From positions 129,006 to 193,005 of the forward strand of contig DAOORK010000001.1 of the NCBI GenBank assembly GCA_035389185.1: a stretch of DNA of 64,000 nt, written 5' to 3'. The first letter of the stretch is position 1. Each line of letters begins with the position of its first letter. This stretch comes from Candidatus Woesebacteria bacterium (GTDB lineage: Bacteria; Patescibacteriota; Microgenomatia; UBA1400; MFAQ01). The notes beneath the pieces were generated by a model that worked only from the letters and a program-made list of their open reading frames with translations, was not told the origin of the DNA and ran no database searches. Positions 1 to 8,936 of the stretch are shown piece after piece. The translations under genes and the position numbers were made by a program.

Positions 1-2
1 CG

Positions 3-239
3 TATAAAACAAAACACTTGAACCACTGTTATTTGTTTATGACTGATGGAGAAAAGATGCTGAAAGACGTTTTATTTTCTCAGCCATATTCTTTAGTTTT
101 TGGAGGCGAAAGCTCGGGACTTTCGAAGGAGTATAGAAAATACGGGGAAACAGTAACGATTCCCCAGTCGAAATCTGTTGACTCATTGAACCTATCCATT
201 GCTGCAGGAATTGCGATGTACTCAGCCTCAGTTAGATAG
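3..239 (+). CDS. TrmH/SpoU family RNA methyltransferase, C-terminal part (truncated by window start)
   Basis: SPOUT motifs LVFGGESSGL and TIPQ...SLNLSIAAGIAMY; frame is open back to the window edge. Confidence 0.85.
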   Translation, partial: YKTKHLNHCYLFMTDGEKMLKDVLFSQPYSLVFGGESSGLSKEYRKYGETVTIPQSKSVDSLNLSIAAGIAMYSASVR

Positions 240-264
240 GATTGTGCTAAAATATCTCCTATAC

Positions 265-338
265 GCGGGTGTCGTATACCGGTATTACCTCAGCTTTCCA
301 AGCTGATGAAAGGGGTCCGACTCCCCTCACCCGCTCCA
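265..338 (+). tRNA. tRNA-Gly(TCC)
   Basis: GCGGGTG/CACCCGC acceptor stem, TCAGC-TT-TCC-AA-GCTGA anticodon arm, T-loop TCCGACT, encoded CCA. Confidence 0.93.
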
Positions 339-340
339 AG

Positions 341-371
341 AAAAATCTCTCCCTTGTGGGGAGATTTTTTT
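341..371 (+). terminator. Intrinsic terminator after tRNA-Gly
   Basis: AAAAATCTC-TCCCTTGTGGG-GAGATTTTTTT hairpin plus T tract. Confidence 0.75.
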
Positions 372-484
372 GGACTGAAATAGGGATGTCGGACAAGCGG
401 AGCCAAGCTCGTGACGATCTTGGCGAGCCCGACTGAGAATTCATCAGCAGATGAATATCGAAGGACGACTCCCCTCACCCGCTC
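372..484 (+). repeat. Structured element ending in a duplicate of the tRNA-Gly 3' end
   Basis: 466-484 CGACTCCCCTCACCCGCTC is identical to 318-336; preceded by hairpins GTCGG..GCCAAG..CTTGGC..CCGAC and ATTCATC-agca-GATGAAT. Confidence 0.8.
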
Positions 485-487
485 ACT

Positions 488-1558
488 TTAATACTCCTGT
501 TGTTTAAGTTGGTCTTTTGCTTTTTTGATGAATTTACCAAACTTTCTATCTTTTTCTCTTCTTTCTTGTTCGGTCATTTCATAAAATTCAGACTCCTTCT
601 TTAATTTCAGGAAATTTTTGTATTTATCTTTATCAATTACTCCTTCTTTTAGTGCTCCTAAAACTGCACAATTAGGTTCTTGTGTGTGAGAACAGTCTGA
701 ATATCTGCAACTATTTGCAAGAATGCTGATATCATCAAACACCTCTTTTAGGCCGATACTGGAATTGGAAATACCTACTTCTCTAGTGCCAGGGTTGTCG
801 ATTATGATTCCTCCATTTTTCATAAAGTACATTTCTCTTCCGGTAGTAGTGTGTTTGCCTTTATTTGTAATGCTAATGATTTCTCCAGTTTTAATAATGT
901 CTTTTCCCAACAGCCTATTTATTAACGATGATTTTCCAACACCAGATGAACCCAAGAAACAATATGTTTCGTTTTTCTTAATATATTCTTTCAGTTTGTC
1001 TAGACCATGATTTGTAATAACACTTGTGGTGATGACATCGGCGATTTTAAATCTTTTTTGAATATCGGAGATTATGGTTTTTAATTCTGCTTCCGATATT
1101 AAATCGGCTTTGTTTAAAACAATTACCGGGGTGATATTTCCTTCTCTTGCAAGAACAATAAATCTTTCAATCCTGTTAAGGTTGTAGTTCTTGCCCACGG
1201 CTTCAACGATAAAAGCAGTATCTATATTGGATGCAATTATTTGGATATCTTGTTTATTGCTATATTTCTTTTTAAGTACAGTTTTTCTGGGGAGGATTCC
1301 GCGAATAACAGCATTGCCGTTTTGAAGTTCTTCGATACTGACCCAGTCTCCTACTGCAGGAAAATCTTCTCTTTTTGTGGCTTCGAATATTTGCTTTCCT
1401 GTTATTCTTCCTAAATATTCTCCAGATTCATTTTTTACTTTATATGCTTCTTTATATTCTGCTATCACTCTAGCGACAGGAGTATCGGGAAACTTGGAGT
1501 TCATTCTCCCCAATTCAAAAAAATCAGTGTAGCCTAGTTCAATTAATTTATCGTTCAT
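488..1558 (-). CDS. rsgA: Ribosome small subunit-dependent GTPase A
   Basis: PAVGDWV OB-fold, NKAD, GSSGVGKS, HTTT, DNPG and CRYSDCSHTQEPNC zinc finger (circularly permuted GTPase). Confidence 0.95.
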   Translation of the reverse strand: MNDKLIELGYTDFFELGRMNSKFPDTPVARVIAEYKEAYKVKNESGEYLGRITGKQIFEATKREDFPAVGDWVSIEELQNGNAVIRGILPRKTVLKKKYSNKQDIQIIASNIDTAFIVEAVGKNYNLNRIERFIVLAREGNITPVIVLNKADLISEAELKTIISDIQKRFKIADVITTSVITNHGLDKLKEYIKKNETYCFLGSSGVGKSSLINRLLGKDIIKTGEIISITNKGKHTTTGREMYFMKNGGIIIDNPGTREVGISNSSIGLKEVFDDISILANSCRYSDCSHTQEPNCAVLGALKEGVIDKDKYKNFLKLKKESEFYEMTEQERREKDRKFGKFIKKAKDQLKQQEY

Positions 1559-1675
1559 TAATCAAATTATGTCACACATAGAAATTACTAAGTCCAACCA
1601 AAAGACAGTTACTAGCTCCGATGATTTGATGTGGTATACTATGAGCCATCGTAACTTAACATTTAAGGAGGATCG

Positions 1676-2281
1676 ATGTCATATAAAAGTCCTGCTCCTA
1701 GGAGCAAAGCTGTTGCTGTTCGAACGGCCAGTATTGATAGATTCACAAAATATTTTTGTGAAGATCTTAACAAACTGATAAAGGCAAGGAGAATACGAGG
1801 CAAGTTTATCCCTGTACCGATAAACTATGGCTATGACTATTCCTTGATTTGGAATGATTACTTTTTTTGCAAACTTCATGGTATTTATGATGAAACGAAG
1901 ACGAGTTTGCATTTGACTCGTTTCCCTTATTCAAGATTGTTGAGTAAAGAAATAGTCATTGAAACGTTTAAGAACGTTAGCGATCGAAATGTAACTCTTC
2001 CCAAGGGATTGGTACTGCCAAAAATAGAGAAGATTAGTATCAAACCGGATAACAGTCCTGTTTATGGCGAAGGTTTTGAGTTGGTTGTATTGTTTGACGA
2101 TCTACATGTTCCTTCGTATGAAGTTAGTACAAACTACATTGCTATGGCCTTGAGCAGTATCGAAACGCGTGCTTGCTGTCATTTTTCTAATGGATCATTT
2201 GATGAAGTGTTCATCTTCTATCCTTTGGAAAGTTCCGCAATAAAGGCTGTTGAGCGCCTCAAGAAAATTTGTTTAAGTTGA
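1676..2281 (+). CDS. Hypothetical protein (stand-alone orphan)
   Basis: 201-aa ORF with TATACT -10, AAGGAGG SD and downstream terminator. Confidence 0.65.
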   Translation: MSYKSPAPRSKAVAVRTASIDRFTKYFCEDLNKLIKARRIRGKFIPVPINYGYDYSLIWNDYFFCKLHGIYDETKTSLHLTRFPYSRLLSKEIVIETFKNVSDRNVTLPKGLVLPKIEKISIKPDNSPVYGEGFELVVLFDDLHVPSYEVSTNYIAMALSSIETRACCHFSNGSFDEVFIFYPLESSAIKAVERLKKICLS

Positions 2282-2288
2282 TCTATTG

Positions 2289-2310
2289 CCCGGCGAAAGC
2301 CGGGTTTTTT
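2289..2310 (+). terminator. Intrinsic terminator
   Basis: CCCGGC-GAAA-GCCGGG followed by TTTTTT. Confidence 0.8.
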
Positions 2311-2418
2311 GTGATTTCGTAGTTGATATGATCGTCCGCTATTTTCCTATAATTATGATTTTTAGGTTATTTCTGATAAAATACGCACATCTGTACTTTG
2401 AAGTTCTGGAGGTTTTAA

Positions 2419-2907
2419 ATGCATACCAAGGCAATATATGTCCTGAAAAATGTAACGTTTATCTTTTTTGTATTATTTTGGTTAGTTGTTAGCCAGCAGT
2501 ATCTTGGTGAGTTGGTTGACGAGTACAACATTCCGGCTGGTCACTATCTGGCTGAGTCCGGTAATGATTATTACGTGTTTATTCAAGAATCACCAAAGAT
2601 CGTTAGCTTTGCTTCGTTAACGTATAGAGCCTTTATTGAAGAAATTATGTTTAGAGGCTTGCCTCTATTCCTGGTTTTACTTTTTGATAAGTCTAGGAAG
2701 TATTGGCCAATTGTAGCAGTCATATCCTCGATACTGTTTGGCCTTACCCATGGACAGATCGGAAACGTATTTATTCAGGGTGTAGGCGGTATGACTTTCT
2801 GTATTTTCTTTGTGGCCATGTGGAAAGTTAAGAAAAATAGTCTTTGGGCTCTGGTGGCTACCACCTTCACCCATGCGTGGTACAACGCCTTTTTGCTATT
2901 TACATAA
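2419..2907 (+). CDS. CPBP (CAAX protease/Abi family) intramembrane metalloprotease
   Basis: EEIMFRG, FGLTH and HAWYN motifs; several hydrophobic helices; GGAGG SD. Confidence 0.85.
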   Translation: MHTKAIYVLKNVTFIFFVLFWLVVSQQYLGELVDEYNIPAGHYLAESGNDYYVFIQESPKIVSFASLTYRAFIEEIMFRGLPLFLVLLFDKSRKYWPIVAVISSILFGLTHGQIGNVFIQGVGGMTFCIFFVAMWKVKKNSLWALVATTFTHAWYNAFLLFT

Positions 2908-2920
2908 TCTATTTCTTTTT

Positions 2921-2945
2921 AAACCCGGTAATACCCGGGTTTTTT
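2921..2945 (+). terminator. Intrinsic terminator
   Basis: AAACCCGG-TAATAC-CCGGGTTTTTT. Confidence 0.75.
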
Positions 2946-2983
2946 GTGGCGCTAGGATCTTAAATATTGAGGTATATTAAGGA

Positions 2984-3952
2984 ATGACTGAACGTGGCGA
3001 AAAAGACGAAGTTAGATTGGACATTCGTGAAATGTCGGAGGAAATTCTTTCGAAAAGCCAGGATATTTTAAGCATCGAAAAGGATGATATCTCGACAGTA
3101 TTACTGCCCAAAATTGAGACATATTTATCCGAAAAAAAAGCCTCTAAATGGCTTCCCGAAGGAAACTTGCTTACTCTTGAACAGGAGTGTGGCATGAACT
3201 TGTTTTTGAACGTAATTAATTTTTGCTACAAAGATCCATCTTCCGGTCACGAATACGTTTATGTAACAGATGATGGAAAACTGATTAAAAGAGCAACTGG
3301 ATTGATCACAGCTTTATCTAGAAGCGGCATTGATTGGGATAATTTTGCGGAGGTTCAAAATCTGTCGCCTGAAAGATGGGAAGGTGTGACTCAGATATCT
3401 AGAGAGAACCCTATGTATCTTGGGGATGAGCGTTTGAAAAGGATTACTGAGTTCGCCAGCTACTTAGCTTCTTTGGGTTATGTCAATATGGATGACTTTT
3501 TGGGTGGTTGTGATTTTGATACGAAAAAAATGGTGAATATATTCGTCAACAGCCGTTATTTTAAGGATGATTTTCTTAAAAGAGCTCAGCTTGCTTGTAG
3601 AATGATAAACGATGTTTGGACGCGTCGGGGAGGGTTCCCTCTCAAAGATATTGAGACATTAACAGTGATGGCGGATTACCGCATTCCTCAAGTTTTTTAC
3701 AATCTAGGAGTGGTGACGATCAATGATTTTGAGTTGATGGATAAATTGATGACGGGGTCTCCTATCGACCCCAATAGCCGTGAAGAAAGAGCTTTACGGG
3801 CAACGGCGGTTGTTATTGGGAAGGAGGTGGCTGAGAAATTAGGAATAACTGAAGCTGATGTTGATGGTATTCTTTGGGGTCTATCTCAGGATATGGTGAG
3901 AAAGGGAGAAATGGAAATTCCACACATGATTGTGGCAACTGACGCATATTGA
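2984..3952 (+). CDS. Queuosine salvage protein (DUF2419/QNG1-like queuosine hydrolase)
   Basis: INFCY, FLKRAQL, LTVMADYRIPQVF, EERALRA and terminal PH...Y motifs characteristic of the Q_salvage family. Confidence 0.82.
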   Translation: MTERGEKDEVRLDIREMSEEILSKSQDILSIEKDDISTVLLPKIETYLSEKKASKWLPEGNLLTLEQECGMNLFLNVINFCYKDPSSGHEYVYVTDDGKLIKRATGLITALSRSGIDWDNFAEVQNLSPERWEGVTQISRENPMYLGDERLKRITEFASYLASLGYVNMDDFLGGCDFDTKKMVNIFVNSRYFKDDFLKRAQLACRMINDVWTRRGGFPLKDIETLTVMADYRIPQVFYNLGVVTINDFELMDKLMTGSPIDPNSREERALRATAVVIGKEVAEKLGITEADVDGILWGLSQDMVRKGEMEIPHMIVATDAY

Positions 3953-3991
3953 TGGATGAACTGAGGTTTTTGAGATAAAATACGTAAGTAC

Positions 3992-4075
3992 GCCGGGGTG
4001 GTGAAATGGTAGCCACGCGGGACTTAAAATCCCGTTCCCTTTAAAGGAGTGCGGGTCCGATTCCCGCCCCCGGCA
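3992..4075 (+). tRNA. tRNA-Leu(TAA)
   Basis: GCCGGGG/CCCCGGC acceptor, CGGGA-CT-TAA-AA-TCCCG anticodon arm, long variable arm. Confidence 0.93.
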
Positions 4076-4080
4076 CTTTT

Positions 4081-4213
4081 GATCCGGTAGCTCAGCTGGA
4101 TAACAGCTTACTCGTTCTCCTATCAATAATAACTATTATTGATATGTCGGCCTGCGTTTCCTGTTATATCTGGCGCCGATAATTACTCTGTCATTATCGT
4201 CTGGATATAGCGC
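4081..4213 (+). repeat. tRNA-Arg 5' fragment interrupted by structured element A
   Basis: 4081-4102 is identical to the first 22 nt of tRNA-Arg; insert 4103-4207 is flanked by TA...TA. Confidence 0.8.
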
Positions 4214-4269
4214 TCGCTCTATCTGTCTACCTGCTAAATGGTTAGTACTTAGGTTAAAATATAGATGTT

Positions 4270-4343
4270 GATCCGGTAGCTCAGCTGGATAGAGCGACTG
4301 CCTTCTAAGCAGTAGGTCGACGGTCCGAGTCCGTCCCGGGTCA
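4270..4343 (+). tRNA. tRNA-Arg(TCT)
   Basis: GATCCGG/CCGGGTC acceptor, CTGC-CT-TCT-AA-GCAG anticodon arm; upstream TAAAAT -10. Confidence 0.92.
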
Positions 4344-4370
4344 CAATAGTAATTGTTCTGCTTTGCAGAA

Positions 4371-4530
4371 TCAGCTGGATAACAGCTTGCTCCCCTTCTC
4401 TTCAATAATATTATTATTGAAGTATCCAGGCTCCGCTTCCTGTTATTTCCGCTCATAACTTCGTTATGATGCTTGGAAATAGCGCGACTGCCTTCTAAGC
4501 AGTAGGTCGACTACGAGCCCTCCCGGGTCA
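4371..4530 (+). pseudogene. tRNA-Arg pseudo-copy interrupted in the D-loop by structured element B
   Basis: TCAGCTGGATA, insert 4382-4479, then TAGCGCGACTGCCTTCTAAGCAGTAGGTCGAC and an altered T-arm ending CCCGGGTCA. Confidence 0.82.
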
Positions 4531-4567
4531 CAAAACCAGAGATAATAAATATTTACATAATTGTCTT

Positions 4568-4717
4568 GCAGTAAGAGCTTGCTCCCTACGACGCACATAA
4601 CATGCGTTATGTTGCTGTCTTCAGTCCGCTTCCTCTTATATTCGCTCGTAGTTCACTCTCTTAGTTCGTTTAACTACGATGCTTGAATATAGGTCGACTA
4701 CGAGCCCTCCCGGGTCA
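4568..4717 (+). pseudogene. tRNA-Arg 3' fragment interrupted in the variable region by structured element C
   Basis: GCAGTA, insert 4574-4689, then TAGGTCGAC...CCCGGGTCA; 4690-4721 is a perfect 32-bp repeat of 4503-4534. Confidence 0.82.
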
Positions 4718-4722
4718 CAAAG

Positions 4723-4746
4723 AAAAACCCTCCTTGCGGAGGGTTT
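4723..4746. terminator. Bidirectional terminator between the tRNA locus and nadE
   Basis: AAAAACCCTCC-TTGC-GGAGGGTTT. Confidence 0.75.
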
Positions 4747-4750
4747 GTAT

Positions 4751-5704
4751 TTATTTAGGAAGTTTTTTGATGGCTTCCAGATATAGTTTGCCAAATTCAA
4801 TGGTGTCGATTTCCGGAAGTCCGAGACGTCTACGGCTATTCAAGACACTACAGACATTGTCACCGTAGCGCCTTTTGAAAGCAGTTTTGAGTGCCTGACG
4901 GAGAATTTTTTCAACTTTCTCTTCGGTCTCCCCGATTTCAGAGGCTACTATCTTGATTTGATATCGGTAAAGCTTGTTTTCCAGTTGGTTGAAGCCACCT
5001 TCGGTTTTGAATCCAAGTTGTTTAAGACGGCAAATAATGTAGTCACCCTTTAAGTACGGAAGACCGAGTTGGTCACTGGCTTTATTTGAGTCAGTAACTT
5101 TGAGACCGTCTCCAGGTATTGCATCAAGATTGATCTGGGGAAGTTTGTAAAACTCGCCCATGTCGTAAACCTCGTTTTTGGTAAATATCTGGATAATTTT
5201 GACATCACCTTCATCGCCATGTTTGGTGAAAAAACCCATGTATTTTTCGCTTAGGTCATCGGTGTCCAGATAAATACCACTTTCAAGTTGGGCATAATGC
5301 ATAAGACCCACCATGCGCAGGCGGCATTTGATATTGCCTTTGGCTACCCTTGCCCGCGGATGACCCTCTGGAATAGTCTCAAGAAGCGGACATGATTGGT
5401 ACCACGCAGTAAAGTCATGGTATTCCAGTTTGAGATCAAGCGCATTGCAAAGAGCTTTAGCCCTCTCGTAGTCTTCGGGGTGACTCTCGATGTCGATGAA
5501 ATAACAATGCAGATTTACAGAATATCCTTGTGAAGATAGCGTGTCTGCAGTGCGTTTGGCTATGGCGGCAACGACTGATGAGTCAATACCACCAGAAATC
5601 CCCATGACAATGTCATGGAGGCCATACAATTTTAGGTATCTTGTTAGGGCCTTTTGGGCTTTACAATCGATCTTTGTTGCTTGTTCTTGTGTGAGAATGA
5701 GCAT
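4751..5704 (-). CDS. nadE: NH3-dependent NAD(+) synthetase
   Basis: MGISGGIDSS PP-loop, GNIKCRLRM, GFFTKHGD motifs. Confidence 0.88.
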   Translation of the reverse strand: MLILTQEQATKIDCKAQKALTRYLKLYGLHDIVMGISGGIDSSVVAAIAKRTADTLSSQGYSVNLHCYFIDIESHPEDYERAKALCNALDLKLEYHDFTAWYQSCPLLETIPEGHPRARVAKGNIKCRLRMVGLMHYAQLESGIYLDTDDLSEKYMGFFTKHGDEGDVKIIQIFTKNEVYDMGEFYKLPQINLDAIPGDGLKVTDSNKASDQLGLPYLKGDYIICRLKQLGFKTEGGFNQLENKLYRYQIKIVASEIGETEEKVEKILRQALKTAFKRRYGDNVCSVLNSRRRLGLPEIDTIEFGKLYLEAIKKLPK

Positions 5705-5824
5705 AGATATCTCCTTTTGATTTAAGGTACTGGGTATATTTTACCACTTAGGGTTGATTTTTTACAGTATATAGGGTAAAATAGCCAGTCTCAAATTACT
5801 CGTACGTTTATATAAGGAGGAACC

Positions 5825-6493
5825 GTGTCTGATATGTATGAACTGACAAAACGTGGTGTTGGAATTCGCGAGCTAGATGGTAATCCGGAAAAGGCAATTG
5901 TATATCTTGAAAGGGCCTACAAACTGTCGAGATATTCTCATGAGAGGGCTAGTATCCAGGGTGAGTTGGCTTTGTGCTATCACTTGATGGGTAACTATGC
6001 AAAAGCGGAAGATCTTTATGAAAGTGCTCTCGAAGATCTAGTGCTACACAGTGATGTCATTGGAGCGGCTCGGATTCGAAGACAGCTTTCGGCGTTAGTC
6101 CTGGAAGCCGGAGGAAGTATTGAAGATGCGCTGAGTTTGGCTTTGAGGGCTAGGAGCGCTGTTGTGAATAGCGGAATTCATTCTAACGATCTGTGTCACA
6201 TGACTCATGGTGTGATTAAAGTTTTTTTGAAAAAACGAAAGGTTGAAGGACTTCTTCATTGGTTTACCAACACAAAAACGATCCTTGAATTGACGAACAC
6301 CGAACGGAAAGAAATCAAGGAAATGGCTGAAAAAGAGAAGTCGATAAAAAAATACGTGTGGATTACGGGTTTTTGGGCCGATGTAGCTCGTGTTTTTCCC
6401 CCCTTCACCTACCCTGCGGCGCTCTTTGGGCTGTATGTGGCAAAAAGTAATGGTTTGGGAATGCGTCTTAGGCAGGCAAAATCTATCCTTTAA
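5825..6493 (+). CDS. Tetratricopeptide-repeat protein
   Basis: TPR-like helices (AIVYLERAY; LALCYHLMGNYAKAEDLYESAL); AAGGAGG SD; own terminator at 6496-6523. Confidence 0.7.
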   Translation: MSDMYELTKRGVGIRELDGNPEKAIVYLERAYKLSRYSHERASIQGELALCYHLMGNYAKAEDLYESALEDLVLHSDVIGAARIRRQLSALVLEAGGSIEDALSLALRARSAVVNSGIHSNDLCHMTHGVIKVFLKKRKVEGLLHWFTNTKTILELTNTERKEIKEMAEKEKSIKKYVWITGFWADVARVFPPFTYPAALFGLYVAKSNGLGMRLRQAKSIL

Positions 6494-6525
6494 ACAAAAC
6501 CCTCTCTTTTGGAGAGGGTTTTTCT

Positions 6526-8352
6526 TTAGTAGATATTTTTGAGCTCTTCGCGATGGCGACGACGTTCAATACTGGTGAGATATTTTTTTCTTAAACGTAG
6601 ACTTTTGGGAGTGATCTCCAGTAATTCATCGGATTCCAGGAAATCTAGGCATTGTTCGAGAGAATATTTGAGAGGAGGAACGAGTTGGATGACACCATCA
6701 CTAGACTGAGAACGCATGTTGGTTAGTTTCTTTCCTTTGGCCGCATTGATTTCAATATCTTCTTCTTTGGCGTTCATACCGATAATCTGACCTTCGTAGA
6801 TCATATCTCCGGCGTCGACAAAGGTAATTCCTCTCTCCTGAGCCGCCTGAAGGCCATAAGAAAGGGCTTCACCCGACTCTGAGGCAATTAGGGCGCCACG
6901 ACGCATTTTGGGGAGAGGAGAGCCGACTGGTTCAAAGTCCAAAAACTGTGAGTTGAAGATTACTGTACCCTTGGTGGCCGACATAAGGAGTGAACGAAGA
7001 CCCAAAATGGTACGGGTAGGCATTTTGTAGACAAACTCCATTTCCTGTTCATTGATAGGTTCCATATGAATTAGGTTGCCCAAGCGTTTGCCAATTTCTT
7101 GGGTAATGGTTCCGAGATAGTCTTGTGGGGCAATAATAGTTACTTCTTCGACAGGTTCGCATTTGTGTCCATCAATGGTCTTGTAAATAACCTCCGGTTT
7201 ACCGACTTCAACTTCATAACCTTCACGGCGAAGGGTTTCTAGAAGAACAGCCAAGTGAAGTTCTCCTCTACCGGAAACTTTGTATTTACCATTTTCCAGT
7301 TTTTCAAGTTTGAGAGAAAGATTGGTTTCTAGTTCACGAGCCAAACGAGCTTCGATTTGACGAGCGGTTGTGTATTCTCCTTCACGGCCACACAAAGGTG
7401 AAGTGTTCGGGCCAACAGTAACGTGAAGGGTAGGTTCGCTGATTTTGGCACTGGGTAGAGATTCTTCATCACCAAGCATGGAGATTGTTTGACCGATTTT
7501 GGCATCACTTAATCCCGTGAGAGCAACAATATCTCCGGCAAAAGCTTCGGGAACTTCAGTGCGTGTCATACCGCTGGAAATAAACACTTTTTCTATTTGT
7601 CCGGCTTTGATTGAGTCTCCCAGAAGCGTAATTTTCTGACCTGGCTTGACGGTACCACGGAAGACTTTGCCGATGATAATACGTCCAAGATGAGAGTTGT
7701 AATCCAGAGAGGATACCAACATCTTGAACTTGCCCTCTTCATCATTTTCGGGTGCTGGAATATAGGCAAGAATTTCGTCTAGCAATGGAATCACGTTTCC
7801 TGGCTGACTAAAGTCTTCGGGAGGAGAGGTAAAAACCTTGCCTGATTTTCCAACGGCATACAAGACAGGGTACTCAAGCTGATCGTCACGAGTAGCAAGT
7901 TCTAGGAATAGGTTGCCAATTTTGTGTTCGGCGGTTTGAATATTTGAGTTTTGTTTGTCGATTTTGTTAATGACGACAATGACTTTAAGATTGAGCTCAA
8001 AGGCTTTTTTGAGAACGAAACGAGTTTGGGGCATAGGACCTTCTTGAGCATCGACAATCAAGAGAGCTCCATCGGCCATACCTAAGGTACGTTCTACTTC
8101 ACCAGAGAAGTCTGCGTGGCCTGGAGTATCGATGATATTGATTTTGGTGCCTTTGTAACTAACAGAGATATTTTTAGCTAAGATAGTGATACCTCTTTCA
8201 CGTTCGAGTTCGTTGCTATCCAACAAACAGGTCTCAGACATTTCCTCTTCGTTATCACGGAAGATGTGAGACTGTTTGATAAAAGCATCAATTAGTGTTG
8301 TTTTGCCGTGGTCAACGTGCGCGATGACCGCGATATTTCTGATATTCTGCAT
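6526..8352 (-). CDS. typA: Translational GTPase TypA/BipA
   Basis: AHVDHGKTT, RGITI, DTPGHADF, NKID, GRGELHL and KKLTNMR motifs. Confidence 0.97.
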   Translation of the reverse strand: MQNIRNIAVIAHVDHGKTTLIDAFIKQSHIFRDNEEEMSETCLLDSNELERERGITILAKNISVSYKGTKINIIDTPGHADFSGEVERTLGMADGALLIVDAQEGPMPQTRFVLKKAFELNLKVIVVINKIDKQNSNIQTAEHKIGNLFLELATRDDQLEYPVLYAVGKSGKVFTSPPEDFSQPGNVIPLLDEILAYIPAPENDEEGKFKMLVSSLDYNSHLGRIIIGKVFRGTVKPGQKITLLGDSIKAGQIEKVFISSGMTRTEVPEAFAGDIVALTGLSDAKIGQTISMLGDEESLPSAKISEPTLHVTVGPNTSPLCGREGEYTTARQIEARLARELETNLSLKLEKLENGKYKVSGRGELHLAVLLETLRREGYEVEVGKPEVIYKTIDGHKCEPVEEVTIIAPQDYLGTITQEIGKRLGNLIHMEPINEQEMEFVYKMPTRTILGLRSLLMSATKGTVIFNSQFLDFEPVGSPLPKMRRGALIASESGEALSYGLQAAQERGITFVDAGDMIYEGQIIGMNAKEEDIEINAAKGKKLTNMRSQSSDGVIQLVPPLKYSLEQCLDFLESDELLEITPKSLRLRKKYLTSIERRRHREELKNIY

Positions 8353-8430
8353 AGTTGGATTGGGCGCCTTAGCGTCGGGCAGTTAGATAACTTGGATATT
8401 ATACACCAAATACACTATGGGGTAAAGTGT

Positions 8431-8877
8431 CTATTTATCTAGTTTCCCGGAGATTTTTACTAGGTGGGCCGAGTAGACAATTTGACGAACTTCACCATCT
8501 TCACTTTCAATCTGATCAGTGTCTGCCAGCTTTTGGTACTGCTGAAGATAGTTACTGAGAGCGACCTTGAGCTCTTTGAGTTCTTGGCGCATATCTTTAA
8601 TTTTTTGATTTAAAGAGGCATTGGATGGTGATTTGAGAATGTTTGATTTGGCTTCTGCTTTTTTCTTGTTGACCTCCTTACCTTGCTCCGTGGCCTCTTT
8701 GTAGGCGGAGTCGTTGGCAAGAATATCGTTCATCATCTCGGCTTGTTTGCCAAGCTCAACTTTTACTGTCTCAATGTGTGAGATGTGGGTTTTGATGAGA
8801 TTTTCAATGTTGAAGAGACTGGAAACTTCTTCATTGGTACCTGCTGGTAATGTGGTTTGGGTGTTTTGTTCGTCCAT
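8431..8877 (-). CDS. Hypothetical coiled-coil protein
   Basis: 148-aa helical ORF with codon style like the flanking core genes. Confidence 0.7.
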   Translation of the reverse strand: MDEQNTQTTLPAGTNEEVSSLFNIENLIKTHISHIETVKVELGKQAEMMNDILANDSAYKEATEQGKEVNKKKAEAKSNILKSPSNASLNQKIKDMRQELKELKVALSNYLQQYQKLADTDQIESEDGEVRQIVYSAHLVKISGKLDK

Positions 8878-8936
8878 TTTTAAAATATTATTTGTTCAGG
8901 TTTTATTCTATATACAATACCACCCGAAACACAAGA

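Noticed and set aside
259-478. ORFs over tRNA loci (also 3881-4456, 4683-4868, 13591-13986)
   Set aside because: Shadow ORFs created by GC-rich tRNA and element sequence
4371-4530. Group I intron-containing functional tRNA-Arg
   Set aside because: The insert is about 98 nt with no group I core, the 5' acceptor strand is missing and the T-arm is degenerate
4081-4721. CRISPR array interpretation of the repeats near tRNA-Arg
   Set aside because: The repeats are tRNA fragments, the intervening sequences are 100+ nt and related to each other, and there are no cas genes in the window
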